A stretch of DNA of 64,000 nucleotides, taken from positions 34,328 to 98,327 of the forward strand of contig DATAID010000003.1 of NCBI GenBank assembly GCA_036262835.1, read 5' to 3'. The position numbers and the translations under genes are program-made. Source of the stretch: Burkholderiales bacterium (GTDB lineage Bacteria; Pseudomonadota; Gammaproteobacteria; Burkholderiales; SG8-39). The notes beneath the pieces are model-generated. The model searched no databases. It worked only from the letters and a program-made list of their open reading frames with translations, and had not been told where the DNA came from. Below are positions 11,206-26,118 of this stretch, in pieces. The stretch's first letter is position 1. Every line of letters begins with the position of its first letter.

Positions 11206-11709
11206 TTAAGCGCTCTTGCGAAGTTGCTTGGCGAGGCGCGCGCGGATGCGCTGCTGCTTGAGCTGCGAGAGGCTCTCGATGAATACCTTGCCCTTCAGGT
11301 GATCCATCTCGTGCTGGATGCACACCGCGAGCAGCCCTTGCGCCTCGAGCGTGAATGCGTTTCCGTTCTGATCGTAGGCGCGTACCTTCACGCGCTCCGC
11401 TCGCTCGAGCGTCTCGTAGATTCCCGGCACCGAGAGGCAACCCTCCTCGATATCGGACACACCGCTCGTCTCCACGATTTCCGGATTGATCAGGACCACG
11501 AGCGAATCGCGACGCTCGGAGACGTCGATCACGATCACTTGCTTGTGCACATCGACCTGCGTTGCGGCGAGGCCGATTCCGGGGGCGGCGTACATGGTTT
11601 CGGCCATGTCGGCGACGAGCTTTTTCAGCGACTCGTCGAACACGGTGACGGGCGCCGCCACCTTGTGCAGGCGGGCGTCCGGGTAACGCAGGATGTTCAA
11701 GAGTGCCAT
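11206..11709 (-). CDS. def: Peptide deformylase
   Basis: [11 protein letters not shown]..., with motifs [13 protein letters not shown] and QHEMDH. Start taken at the second Met (11709) of the track ORF. Confidence 0.93.
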   Translation of the reverse strand: MALLNILRYPDARLHKVAAPVTVFDESLKKLVADMAETMYAAPGIGLAATQVDVHKQVIVIDVSERRDSLVVLINPEIVETSGVSDIEEGCLSVPGIYETLERAERVKVRAYDQNGNAFTLEAQGLLAVCIQHEMDHLKGKVFIESLSQLKQQRIRARLAKQLRKSA

Positions 11710-11852
11710 AAATCCGACTTTTGCTTGCAAATTGAACCGATTACGTACATTATCTCAGGCTATGCCTAAGCAGCCGGCGCTTTATGCTACATTTGGGTAC
11801 GCAAACGGCAAACACAACCGGCCTAGGACGCTAGCCACCGATCGGGGGCCCC

Positions 11853-12932
11853 ATGCTCGACCAATGGCGTAAGTCTATCACAACGCTCGTTTTTGTCCTA
11901 TTTGGCCTGGCTTCCTTCGGGGGGATTGCGCAGGTCCCGAACACGCCAATTGCCATCAAATCGGACGCCCCGGACCGTTACACGGTGGTCAAGGGCGACA
12001 CCCTCTGGGGCATCGCCCAGCGTTACACCGACTCGCCCTGGCGCTGGAACGAGTTGTGGGAAGGCAACAAGGATCACATCAAGAATCCGCACCGCATTTA
12101 CCCGGGAGACGTAATCGTGCTCGACCGGTCGCGCGCTCAGCTCGCGCTCGAAAACGGCGGAACGGGCGGCACCGTGCGCCTGAGCCCGCGGGTGCGCGCC
12201 GAATCGACGGCCGCTGCGGCCATCCCGAGCATTCCGCCCGCGATCATCGAGCCTTTCCTCACGCGCCCGCTCATCGTCGAGCCCGACGGCCTCGCCAACG
12301 CTCCCACGATAGTGGCCACCGAAGAGTCGCGCGTGATTCTCGAGTCGGGCAACCGCGCCTTCGTGAAGGGCATGGGCAATTCCAAGGAAACGAACTGGTA
12401 CGTCTACCGCAAGGGCGCGGCGCTGGTCGATCCCGACAGCAATACGACGCTCGGCTATGAGGCGGTCTATCTCGGGACGGCGCGCGTAGCCAAGGCGGGA
12501 GACCCTGCCGTCATCCAGCTCACGTCGGTCGCGCAGGAAGTCAGCATCGGCGACAAGCTCGTGCCAGCGGGCCGCGCCGAAGTACCGAGCTACGCGCCTC
12601 ACGCCCCCGCGAGCGCGGTCCAGGGGCGGGTCATCTCGACCTACGGCACCTCCACGCAGCTCGGCGAAATCGGGCCGCAGACCGTCGTCTCGATCAACCG
12701 CGGCAAGGCGCAAGGCCTCGAGATCGGACACGTGCTCGCGCTCTACCGTCCGGGCTCGGCAGTGGCCGCCGGCTCCGCGCGCTATGCGTCCAAGGGCGCA
12801 GAGAAGCTCGTGCTGCCCGATGAGCGCCTCGGCCTCGCGTTTGTGTTCCGCGTTTTCGACCGGGTATCCTACGCACTGGTGATGACGATCTCGAAACCCG
12901 CCAATCCGCTCGATGTGGTGCAGAACCCCTAG
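11853..12932 (+). CDS. LysM peptidoglycan-binding domain protein
   Basis: Signal/TM segment then a LysM motif (YTVVKGDTLWGIAQRY...WRWNELW...IYPGDVIVL). Conserved position upstream of dprA. Confidence 0.85.
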   Translation: MLDQWRKSITTLVFVLFGLASFGGIAQVPNTPIAIKSDAPDRYTVVKGDTLWGIAQRYTDSPWRWNELWEGNKDHIKNPHRIYPGDVIVLDRSRAQLALENGGTGGTVRLSPRVRAESTAAAAIPSIPPAIIEPFLTRPLIVEPDGLANAPTIVATEESRVILESGNRAFVKGMGNSKETNWYVYRKGAALVDPDSNTTLGYEAVYLGTARVAKAGDPAVIQLTSVAQEVSIGDKLVPAGRAEVPSYAPHAPASAVQGRVISTYGTSTQLGEIGPQTVVSINRGKAQGLEIGHVLALYRPGSAVAAGSARYASKGAEKLVLPDERLGLAFVFRVFDRVSYALVMTISKPANPLDVVQNP

Positions 12933-12955
12933 CGGCAAATGAGACCCCACCCTGC

Positions 12956-14056
12956 ATGACGCAGGATTCGGGGCTGGCGAGCTGGCTGCATCTCACGCTC
13001 ACGCCGGGCCTCGGCGCCGCAACGATCCGCGAGCTGCTCAAGCAGCTCGGTCTCCCCGAAAAAATCCTCGCCGCCCCGCGCCGGGAACTCGCGCGGCTGG
13101 TCAGTCCCGCGGCGCTCGCGGCGCTCGACTCCGAGCCGGTCGCCCGCTCGGTGGAGCGCTCCCTCGCCTGGCTTGCGCAGCCGGGCTGCGCGCTCGTCAC
13201 GCTCGCCGATGCGGCTTACCCGCCGCTTCTGCTCGAAATCGGCGACCCGCCGCCGCTGCTGTATTGCCGGGGGCGTATCGAGCTGCTGGGACGCCCGTCG
13301 CTCGCCATCGTCGGCAGCCGCAACGCGAGCGCCCAAGGCAACGCCAACGCTGAGCAGTTCGCGCGCGCCTTCAGCACCGCCGGTCTGACCATCATCTCGG
13401 GACTTGCGCAGGGCATCGACGCTGCCGCCCATCGGGGCGGGCTCGCTGGGGAGGGCTCGACCATCGCGGTGCTCGGAACCGGGGTCGACCTCGTCTATCC
13501 GAGCGCCCACGCGGCGCTCGCCGAGGAAATTGCCGCGCGGGGGTTGCTTGTCTCGGAATATCCGCTCGGGATGAAAGCGCTCGCGCACCATTTTCCGCGC
13601 CGCAACCGGCTGATCAGCGGGCTTGCGCAGGGCTGCCTCGTCATCGAGGCCGCGCTCGCCTCGGGCTCGCTCATCACGGCGCGCGCCGCGGCCGAGCAAG
13701 GACGCGAAGTATTCGCCGTGCCCGGCTCGATCCACTCGCCACTTTCCAAGGGCTGCCATGCGCTCATCAAGTCGGGCGCGAAGCTCGCCGAATCGGCGGA
13801 GGACGTGCTCTCCGAGCTTGCCTCCTTCCGGCGCTCGGGCTTTGCCTCGACCCGCATCCCGGCAGAGCGCGGCGCCGCGGCGCCCGCGGAGAACGAGCCG
13901 CTGCTTGCCTGCATGGGATTCGATCCGGTGGACGTGGATTCGCTTTGCACGCGCGCGGGCATGCCCGCCGAGCGCGTATCGGCCGAGCTGCTGCGCCTGG
14001 AGCTCGGCGGCCGCATCACCGCCCTGCCGGGCGGCCTTTATCAACGACTGAGCTGA
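12956..14056 (+). CDS. dprA: DNA-processing protein A (Smf)
   Basis: Rossmann-like DprA core (LAIVGSRNAS..., ISGLAQGIDAAAH, VEAALASGSLITA, VFAVPG). Confidence 0.92.
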   Translation: MTQDSGLASWLHLTLTPGLGAATIRELLKQLGLPEKILAAPRRELARLVSPAALAALDSEPVARSVERSLAWLAQPGCALVTLADAAYPPLLLEIGDPPPLLYCRGRIELLGRPSLAIVGSRNASAQGNANAEQFARAFSTAGLTIISGLAQGIDAAAHRGGLAGEGSTIAVLGTGVDLVYPSAHAALAEEIAARGLLVSEYPLGMKALAHHFPRRNRLISGLAQGCLVIEAALASGSLITARAAAEQGREVFAVPGSIHSPLSKGCHALIKSGAKLAESAEDVLSELASFRRSGFASTRIPAERGAAAPAENEPLLACMGFDPVDVDSLCTRAGMPAERVSAELLRLELGGRITALPGGLYQRLS

Positions 14057-14067
14057 GAGGAAAAAAC

Positions 14068-14526
14068 ATGTACGAAATCCTCGTCTACCTCTTCGAGAAC
14101 TTCCAGCGCACCGAGATTTCCGACGAAAAGGATCGCGTCGCAAAAAAACTCTCGGCGGCCGGTTTCGACGATTCCGACATCAGCGAGGCGCTCACCTGGA
14201 TGGCGGGCGTGGTGCGCGGGCCGGCCCGCTCGGTCGCGCCGCTGCCCGCGCTCGGCGCGGCGAGCCGCGCCTACGCGCCGCGCGAGCTCGCCAAGCTCTC
14301 CGCCGACTGCCGCGGCCTGCTCGCGCACTTCGAGCATTCCGGCATCCTCAGTCCGCAGATGCGCGAGCACGTGATCGAGCGCGCGCTCGCCGCGACCGGC
14401 GATGAGCTGACCCTAGAGCAGCTCAAGCTGATCATCCTGATGGTGCTCTGGAATGAGCGCACGCCGACCAGCCAGCTGATCGCCGAGGATCTCTTTTCCA
14501 ACTCCGCCTCCCGGCTGCCGTCGTGA
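14068..14526 (+). CDS. smg: Smg protein (DUF494)
   Basis: MYEILVYLFENF... with GAGAGG 8 nt upstream of ATG 14068. Canonical dprA-smg-topoisomerase synteny. The track ORF starts artificially at 13945. Confidence 0.85.
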   Translation: MYEILVYLFENFQRTEISDEKDRVAKKLSAAGFDDSDISEALTWMAGVVRGPARSVAPLPALGAASRAYAPRELAKLSADCRGLLAHFEHSGILSPQMREHVIERALAATGDELTLEQLKLIILMVLWNERTPTSQLIAEDLFSNSASRLPS

Positions 14527-14541
14527 CGCGCCGATAGCCCT

Positions 14542-14572
14542 CGCGCGCGCGTACGCGCACGCGCGCGCACGT
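14542..14572. repeat. 31-nt perfectly alternating pyrimidine-purine tract (Z-DNA-prone), containing the palindrome GCGCGTACGCGC
   Basis: CGCGCGCGCGTACGCGCACGCGCGCGCACGT read directly from the sequence; alternation breaks at 14541 and 14573. Confidence 0.9.
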
Positions 14573-14597
14573 TAGGGCCGTGCCATCCTGTCCGAGG

Positions 14598-14627
14598 TTG
14601 TAACAGCGCGGGCTTTGCAGGTATCCT
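14598..14627 (+). promoter_or_regulatory. Candidate sigma70-type promoter for the topoisomerase gene (TTGTAA-N18-TATCCT)
   Basis: 4/6 matches in each hexamer. Located 21 nt upstream of ATG 14648. Sequence inspection only. Confidence 0.25.
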
Positions 14628-14647
14628 CTGCGGCCTTTTCGCAGCCC

Positions 14648-20665
<6,018 letters not shown>

Positions 20666-20775
20666 TGTTGTTTCCTTCTTTTACTTAACTACCTAGTAAT
20701 AGCTAATAGAGAGCCGCGAATTTCTGTATAGATCCGATTCCCATCTGCTTCCAGGGACTTGCGCGCACTCGAGCC

Positions 20776-20853
20776 CGTGCGTAACGGGGCGGGCATCCTG
20801 TGGAGCGTTGTGCGTAATTTCGGGCTCCCGCTCATCGGGCCGTCTTATGCACA
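20776..20853. promoter_or_regulatory. Cluster of degenerate DnaA-box-like 9-mers in the dnaA-dnaN spacer
   Basis: TTATGCACA (20845-20853, 8/9 to TTATCCACA), TGTGCGTAA (20809-20817, 7/9 to TGTGGATAA), TGTGGAGCG (20799-20807, 6/9), CGTGCGTAA (20776-20784, 6/9). An AT-rich stretch lies at 20666-20745. Confidence 0.35.
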
Positions 20854-20878
20854 AAGTATCCCCGTGATTCGCACAGCT

Positions 20879-22216
20879 TCACCCTTTGAGAACCTGTTCG
20901 AGCAAGTGATAGTCGCGGTTCAGTCCCAGATCCTTCTTGCGCAACGACGCAATCGTGCGGCACGCATGCAGGACCGTGGTGTGATCCCGGTTGCCGAAGG
21001 CTTCGCCGATCTCGGGCAGGCTCATCTGCGTCAGATCCTTGGCCAGCGCCATCGCCACCTGGCGCGGCCGCGCGACGTTGCGGTTGCGGCGCTTGGAGTG
21101 CATGTCCGAAATCTTGATCTTGAAGTACTCCGCCACCGTCTTCTGGATGCCCTCGACGTTGATCTGCCGGTTCGCCACATGGAGGATGTCGCGCAGCGCC
21201 TCGCGGGCGAGCTCCAGGGACAGCTCGCGACCGGTGAAGCGCGCGAAGGCGAGCACCTTCTTCAGCGCCCCTTCGAGCTCGCGCACGTTGGAGCGAATGT
21301 GCTTGGCGATGAAAAAGGCGATGTCCTCGGGCAGGTCGAGCGACTCCGCCTCGGCCTTCTTCAGCACGATCGCGACCCGCATCTCGAGCTCCGGCGGCTC
21401 GATCGCCACCGTAAGGCCCCAGCCGAAGCGCGAGATCAGCCGCTCCTGCATGCCCGCGATCTCCTTGGGGTAGCTGTCGCAGGTGATGACGATCTGCTTG
21501 TGCGCCTCCACAAGCGCGTTGAACGCGTAAAAGAACTCCTCCTGCGTCCGGTCCTTGTTCGAAAAGAACTGGATGTCGTCGATGAGAAGAAGATCCAGGG
21601 AGTGGTAATAGCGCTTGAATTCCTCGAACGACTTCTGCTGGTAGGCGCGCACCACGTCGGTGACGTACTGCTCGGCGTGGATGTAGCGGATGCGCGCCTG
21701 CGGCCGCCCGCCCGACAGGTGGTTGCCGATCGCCTGCACCAGGTGGGTCTTGCCCAGGCCCACCCCGCCATAGACGAAGAGCGGGTTGTAAGAGATGCCG
21801 GGATTCTCGGCGACCTGGAGCGCGGCGGCGCGGGCAAGCTGGTTTGCCTTGCCGGTGACGAACGTCTCGAAAGTGAAGCTTCGATTGAGCCGCGCCCGGT
21901 CGGGCGCGAGTTGCGCGGGGGCCGGCTTTCGCTCGGGCACCGCGACGGGCGTGCGCGCCGGCGCCTCGCTTGCGCGCGCGAGTGTGAGCTTCACGTCGAG
22001 CTCGCGGCCGCCCGCCTCGGCAGCGAGCCGGCCGATGCGCCCGACGAACCGGTCGCGCACCATCTCGAACACGAATCGGTTGGGCGCGACGAGCACGATC
22101 ACCGAGGAATCGTCGGCCGCCGGCCCGATCGCGAGCGGGCGAATCCAGGCGTTGAACTGCTGCGCGGGCAGCTCCTGCTCCAGTCGGCGCAGGCAAGCGT
22201 GCCAGAGGTTCTGCAT
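20879..22216 (-). CDS. dnaA: Chromosomal replication initiator DnaA
   Basis: 445 aa, [28 protein letters not shown]..., Walker [12 protein letters not shown]-terminal DNA-binding domain (DHTTVLHA). Confidence 0.97.
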   Translation of the reverse strand: MQNLWHACLRRLEQELPAQQFNAWIRPLAIGPAADDSSVIVLVAPNRFVFEMVRDRFVGRIGRLAAEAGGRELDVKLTLARASEAPARTPVAVPERKPAPAQLAPDRARLNRSFTFETFVTGKANQLARAAALQVAENPGISYNPLFVYGGVGLGKTHLVQAIGNHLSGGRPQARIRYIHAEQYVTDVVRAYQQKSFEEFKRYYHSLDLLLIDDIQFFSNKDRTQEEFFYAFNALVEAHKQIVITCDSYPKEIAGMQERLISRFGWGLTVAIEPPELEMRVAIVLKKAEAESLDLPEDIAFFIAKHIRSNVRELEGALKKVLAFARFTGRELSLELAREALRDILHVANRQINVEGIQKTVAEYFKIKISDMHSKRRNRNVARPRQVAMALAKDLTQMSLPEIGEAFGNRDHTTVLHACRTIASLRKKDLGLNRDYHLLEQVLKG

Positions 22217-22281
22217 GGAGGCGGTTGTGTGCCTTTATCGGGCGGGGTGGCGAGCTTAAATTTTACCGTTTCCGCTTCGCC

Positions 22282-22290
22282 TTATCCACA
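22282..22290 (+). promoter_or_regulatory. Perfect consensus DnaA box TTATCCACA in the dnaA/rpmH divergent spacer
   Basis: Exact 9/9 match, 66 nt upstream of the dnaA start. Fits dnaA autoregulation and/or an origin function. Confidence 0.7.
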
Positions 22291-22327
22291 ATCCGCGCGC
22301 ATAAAAAAGAGGAAAAAAAACCGTGAT

Positions 22328-22357
22328 TTGACAAGGCTTCAGCGCGCGGGCTCTAAT
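22328..22357 (+). promoter_or_regulatory. rpmH promoter: TTGACA-N18-TCTAAT preceded by an A-tract (22301-22320, UP-element-like)
   Basis: Perfect -35 hexamer and a 5/6 -10 hexamer, about 30 nt upstream of the rpmH ATG. Confidence 0.6.
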
Positions 22358-22387
22358 GTCGCCCTTTTCGAATTCGAGCAAGCCGAA

Positions 22388-22528
22388 ATGAAGCAGAAGC
22401 GGACCTACCAACCCTCCAAGACACGGCGCGCCAGAACCCACGGGTTTCTCGTGCGCAGCCGCACGCGCTCCGGGCGCGCGGTGCTGCGCGCGCGGCGGGC
22501 AAAAGGCCGCAAGCGGCTCGCCGTGTAG
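22388..22528 (+). CDS. rpmH: 50S ribosomal protein L34 (46 aa)
   Basis: [46 protein letters not shown]. Only visible in the track as the tail of a long antisense-of-dnaA ORF. Confidence 0.95.
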   Translation: MKQKRTYQPSKTRRARTHGFLVRSRTRSGRAVLRARRAKGRKRLAV

Positions 22529-22554
22529 GGCCCGCGCCCGGCGAGGCTCGGCGC

Positions 22555-22899
22555 ATGAAGCGGGCGACGCTGGGATTCGGGCAGGAAAAGCGGCTTGCAA
22601 GGAAATCCGACTTCGAGCGGCTGCTGCGCGAAGGCGCGCGGCGCTCGAGGTCCGGTTACCTGCTCTACCTGGCGGCGCGCGCGGAAGGACCGCCGCGTCT
22701 CGGCATTCTCATTTCGCGCAAGCACGCAGCCAAAGCCACCATGCGCAACGGCATCAAGCGCTGTATCCGCGAGGCCTTCCGCCTGGAGCAGGCGCGCCTG
22801 GGCGCGCTCGACGTGCTCGTGCGCCCGCCCTACGGCGCGCGGCCGGGTCGCGAGATGCGTGAGCGCCTGCGCGCGCTCTTTGGCGAGCTGAAGCCGTGA
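22555..22899 (+). CDS. rnpA: Ribonuclease P protein component
   Basis: 114 aa, basic, with an RNR-like motif ([21 protein letters not shown]). Position after rpmH. Confidence 0.9.
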   Translation: MKRATLGFGQEKRLARKSDFERLLREGARRSRSGYLLYLAARAEGPPRLGILISRKHAAKATMRNGIKRCIREAFRLEQARLGALDVLVRPPYGARPGREMRERLRALFGELKP

Positions 22900-23114
22900 G
22901 AACCCTCCTGCGCTCGCTGCTGCGGCTCTACCGCTACGCCGTCTCGCCGATGCTCGCGCCGGCGTGCCGCTTTCATCCCAGTTGCTCGGTCTATGCCGAG
23001 GAGGCGATCGAGGCGCACGGCGCCTTGCGCGGCGGCTGGCTCACCGCGCGGCGGCTGTGCCGCTGCGGGCCGTGGCATGCAGGCGGCTTTGACCCGGTGC
23101 CGGGGAAGGACTAG
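22896..23114 (+). CDS. yidD: Membrane protein insertion efficiency factor YidD
   Basis: YRYAVSPML...[17 protein letters not shown]; 4-nt overlap with rnpA. Confidence 0.9.
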   Translation: MRTLLRSLLRLYRYAVSPMLAPACRFHPSCSVYAEEAIEAHGALRGGWLTARRLCRCGPWHAGGFDPVPGKD

Positions 23115-24782
23115 ATGGATACGCAACGCCTCATTCTGCTTTTCATCTTCGGCTTCTCGATCCTCATGCTCTGGGAGGCGTGGGAGAAGGAAAACCGTCC
23201 GAAGCCCGCGCCGCAGGCCGAGCGCTCGGTGCCCGCGGCGGGCGCGAAGCAGGGCGCTGCGCCGGCTCCCGCGCCAGCCGCTTCGGGCGCCGTCGCCGCA
23301 GGTGAGGCGAAAGTGCCGACCGCTGCGCCGGCCGCGAAGGGCGAAACCATCACGGTACGGACCGACCTGATGATCGCCGAGATCGACACCCTCGGCGGAA
23401 CCCTCAAGCGGGTGGAGCTGCTCAAGCACAAGGATTCGGAGGACGAGACCAAGGATTACGTGTTGCTGGGCCCAGCGCATCACTACGAGGCGCAAAGCGG
23501 CCTCGCCGGCGAAGGCGGGCCCAACCACACCACCCTCTGGAGCGCCCAGCCCGGGGAGCGCACGCTGCAAGCCGGCCAGAACGCAGTCGAGGTGCGGCTC
23601 GAGGCGAAGGGCAAGGACGGCGTGGCGGTGACCAAGATCTACCGCTTCAAGCGCGACAGCTACCTGATCGACGTCGAATTCGACATCGCGAACGGCGGCG
23701 CGGCGCCTCTGCAGCCGGCGACCTACTTCCAGCTCAAGCACGACGGCAAGCAGTCGGGCAACACCAACAGCGTCGCCGCGAGCTTCGGCGCCCAGAGCTT
23801 CCACGGGTTCGCGATCTACAGCGAGGAAAAGAAGTACCAGAAAATCCCGCTCTCGGACGTCGACAAGGGCAAGGCCGACTTTATCAAGGAGGCGAAGAGC
23901 GGCTGGCTCGCCTATGTCGAGCACTACTTCGTGTCCGGCTGGTTTCCGCCGGCCAGCGCCGAGCGCAGCTACGACGTGGTGAAGGTGGACGATCTCTACT
24001 ACGGGCGGCTGCGGCTCCCGGTCGGCACCCTCGCGCCCGGCGCAAGCGCCAGGGTGAGCGTGCCCCTCTATGCCGGTCCGCAGGAGCAAAGGCGCCTGGA
24101 GGCGGTCGCTCCGGAGTTCGACCGGGTGGTCGACTACGGATGGCTGCGCATCATCGCCTGGCCGCTCTTCTGGCTGCTCGAGAAGTTCCACGCTCTCGCC
24201 GGCAACTGGGGCGTGGCGATCATCCTGCTCACGGTGCTCATCAAGCTCGTCTTCTTCCCGCTTTCGGCCGCCAGCTACAAGTCGATGGCGAAGATGAAGC
24301 TGATTACGCCGCGCCTGCAGCGCCTGCGCGAGATGTACGGCGACGATCGCCAGAAGATGAACGTGGCGATGATGGAGCTCTACAAGACCGAGAAGATCAA
24401 CCCGCTCGGCGGCTGCTTCCCCATCCTCGTGCAGATCCCGGTCTTCATCTCGCTTTACTGGGTGCTGCTTGCGGCCATCGAGCTGCGCCATGCGCCCTTC
24501 ATCCTCTGGATCCACGACCTCTCGGCGCTCGACCCCTACTACGTGCTGCCGATCCTGATGACGATCACGATGGTGCTGCAGACGCGCATGAACCCCACGC
24601 CGCCCGATCCGGTGCAGGCGAAGGTCATGCAGTTCATGCCGTTCATTTTCAGCATCTTCTTTTTCTTCTTCCCCGCCGGGCTGGTGCTGTACTGGCTCGT
24701 CAACAACATCCTTTCCATCGCACAGCAGTGGCAGATTCAGCGGATGTTCAACCGCGACAAGCCTGCCCATGCCAAGCGCTGA
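23115..24782 (+). CDS. yidC: Membrane protein insertase YidC
   Basis: 555 aa with an N-terminal TM, a large periplasmic domain and the conserved C-terminal 5-TM core (GWGVAIILLTVLIKLVFFPLS..., PILVQIPVFISLYW). Confidence 0.95.
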   Translation: MDTQRLILLFIFGFSILMLWEAWEKENRPKPAPQAERSVPAAGAKQGAAPAPAPAASGAVAAGEAKVPTAAPAAKGETITVRTDLMIAEIDTLGGTLKRVELLKHKDSEDETKDYVLLGPAHHYEAQSGLAGEGGPNHTTLWSAQPGERTLQAGQNAVEVRLEAKGKDGVAVTKIYRFKRDSYLIDVEFDIANGGAAPLQPATYFQLKHDGKQSGNTNSVAASFGAQSFHGFAIYSEEKKYQKIPLSDVDKGKADFIKEAKSGWLAYVEHYFVSGWFPPASAERSYDVVKVDDLYYGRLRLPVGTLAPGASARVSVPLYAGPQEQRRLEAVAPEFDRVVDYGWLRIIAWPLFWLLEKFHALAGNWGVAIILLTVLIKLVFFPLSAASYKSMAKMKLITPRLQRLREMYGDDRQKMNVAMMELYKTEKINPLGGCFPILVQIPVFISLYWVLLAAIELRHAPFILWIHDLSALDPYYVLPILMTITMVLQTRMNPTPPDPVQAKVMQFMPFIFSIFFFFFPAGLVLYWLVNNILSIAQQWQIQRMFNRDKPAHAKR

Positions 24783-26118
24783 GCGGCCTCGCCGCGACCC
24801 CAATCCACCTGCATCCGACACCATCGCGGCAGTAGCGACGCCGCCCGGCCGCGGCGGTATCGGCATCGTCAGGCTCTCGGGTCCGCGCACCGCGGCGATC
24901 GCGGCCGCCCTCCTTGGCCGCCTGCCCTCCCCGCGCCAGGCGGTGCATGCGGTGTTTCGCGACGCGCGCGGCGAGCCGCTCGACGAAGGCATTGCGCTTT
25001 ACTTCCGCGCACCGCAGTCGTACACGGGCGAAGACGTGCTCGAGCTGCAGGGCCACGGCGGTCCGGTGGTCACCCGGGCGGTGCTCGCGGCGGCGCTCGA
25101 TGCGGGTGCGCGCCTCGCCGAGCCGGGCGAATACACGCGGCGGGCTTTCCTGAACGGCCGGGTCGACCTTGCCCAGGCCGAAGCGGTGGCCGACTTGATC
25201 GATGCGGCGAGCCTGCAGGCGGCGCGCTCGGCGCTGCGCTCGCTCGCGGGCGAATTTTCCTCGGCGATCGACGCGCTCTCCGCGGGGCTGAGGGAGTTGC
25301 GCGCGCTCACCGAGGCCGCGCTCGATTTTCCCGAGGAGGAAATCGACCCTTTGCATCGGGCCGACGCCGAGGCGCGGCTGGCGCGGCTGCGAGCAATGCT
25401 GGAAGAAGTGCTTGCCAAGAGCCGCCAGGGCAGCCTTCTGCGCAACGGCCTCCACGTCGTCCTCGCCGGTCGGCCCAACGTCGGCAAGTCGAGCCTCATG
25501 AACCGCCTTGCGGGCGAGGAGCGCGCCATCGTCACGCCCGTGCCGGGGACGACGCGCGATGCGCTGCGCGAAACGTTGCAGATCGACGGTGTCCCGGTCG
25601 TGCTCGTCGATACCGCCGGGTTGCGCGCCTCATGCGACGAGATCGAGCGCCTCGGGATCGAGCGCACGCGCAGCGAAATGGCGCGCGCCGATCTCATCCT
25701 GACCGTGCTCGAGGCCCCCGGTCAGCAAGCCCCTGAGCCGCCGCCGGAAGGAATCGCCCAGTTGCGCGTGATCAACAAGATCGACCTCGTGCCCAACCTC
25801 CGGCCGGGCCGCTCACCGGAGGGAATCCGGGTGTCCGCTAGAACCGGTGCCGGGCTGCCGGAGCTTCGCGCGGCCATTATCGAGACCGCGGGCTGGCACC
25901 CCGGGGGCGAGTCCGTGTTTTTGGCCCGGGAGCGCCACTTGCGTGCCCTCGGATCCGCTAGGGCGCACCTGGAAGCCGCCGCCGGAAGGCCTGCGCAGTG
26001 GGAACTCTTTGCCGAGGAACTCCGTCTTGCTCAGCAAGCCTTGGGCGAAATCGTCGGCCATACGAGCGCCGACGACCTTCTCGGAGAGATCTTTTCGCGC
26101 TTTTGCATCGGGAAATAA
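24769..26118 (+). CDS. mnmE: tRNA modification GTPase MnmE (TrmE)
   Basis: DTIAAVATPPGRGGIGIVRLSG, G-domain GRPNVGKSSL / DTAG / NKIDL, C-terminal CIGK. Confidence 0.95.
   Translation: MPSAERPRRDPNPPASDTIAAVATPPGRGGIGIVRLSGPRTAAIAAALLGRLPSPRQAVHAVFRDARGEPLDEGIALYFRAPQSYTGEDVLELQGHGGPVVTRAVLAAALDAGARLAEPGEYTRRAFLNGRVDLAQAEAVADLIDAASLQAARSALRSLAGEFSSAIDALSAGLRELRALTEAALDFPEEEIDPLHRADAEARLARLRAMLEEVLAKSRQGSLLRNGLHVVLAGRPNVGKSSLMNRLAGEERAIVTPVPGTTRDALRETLQIDGVPVVLVDTAGLRASCDEIERLGIERTRSEMARADLILTVLEAPGQQAPEPPPEGIAQLRVINKIDLVPNLRPGRSPEGIRVSARTGAGLPELRAAIIETAGWHPGGESVFLARERHLRALGSARAHLEAAAGRPAQWELFAEELRLAQQALGEIVGHTSADDLLGEIFSRFCIGK

Noticed and set aside
11198-11440. ATG 11440 as the fmt start
   Set aside because: It would add 81 non-conserved residues overlapping 235 nt of def. 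The conserved Fmt N-terminus begins at 11197.
20759-22387. The upstream 1.6 kb of the 589-aa plus-strand ORF (20759-22528) that covers dnaA in antisense
   Set aside because: Only its last 141 nt (22388-22528) are real, encoding rpmH. The rest is a shadow frame of dnaA that crosses the divergent promoter region.
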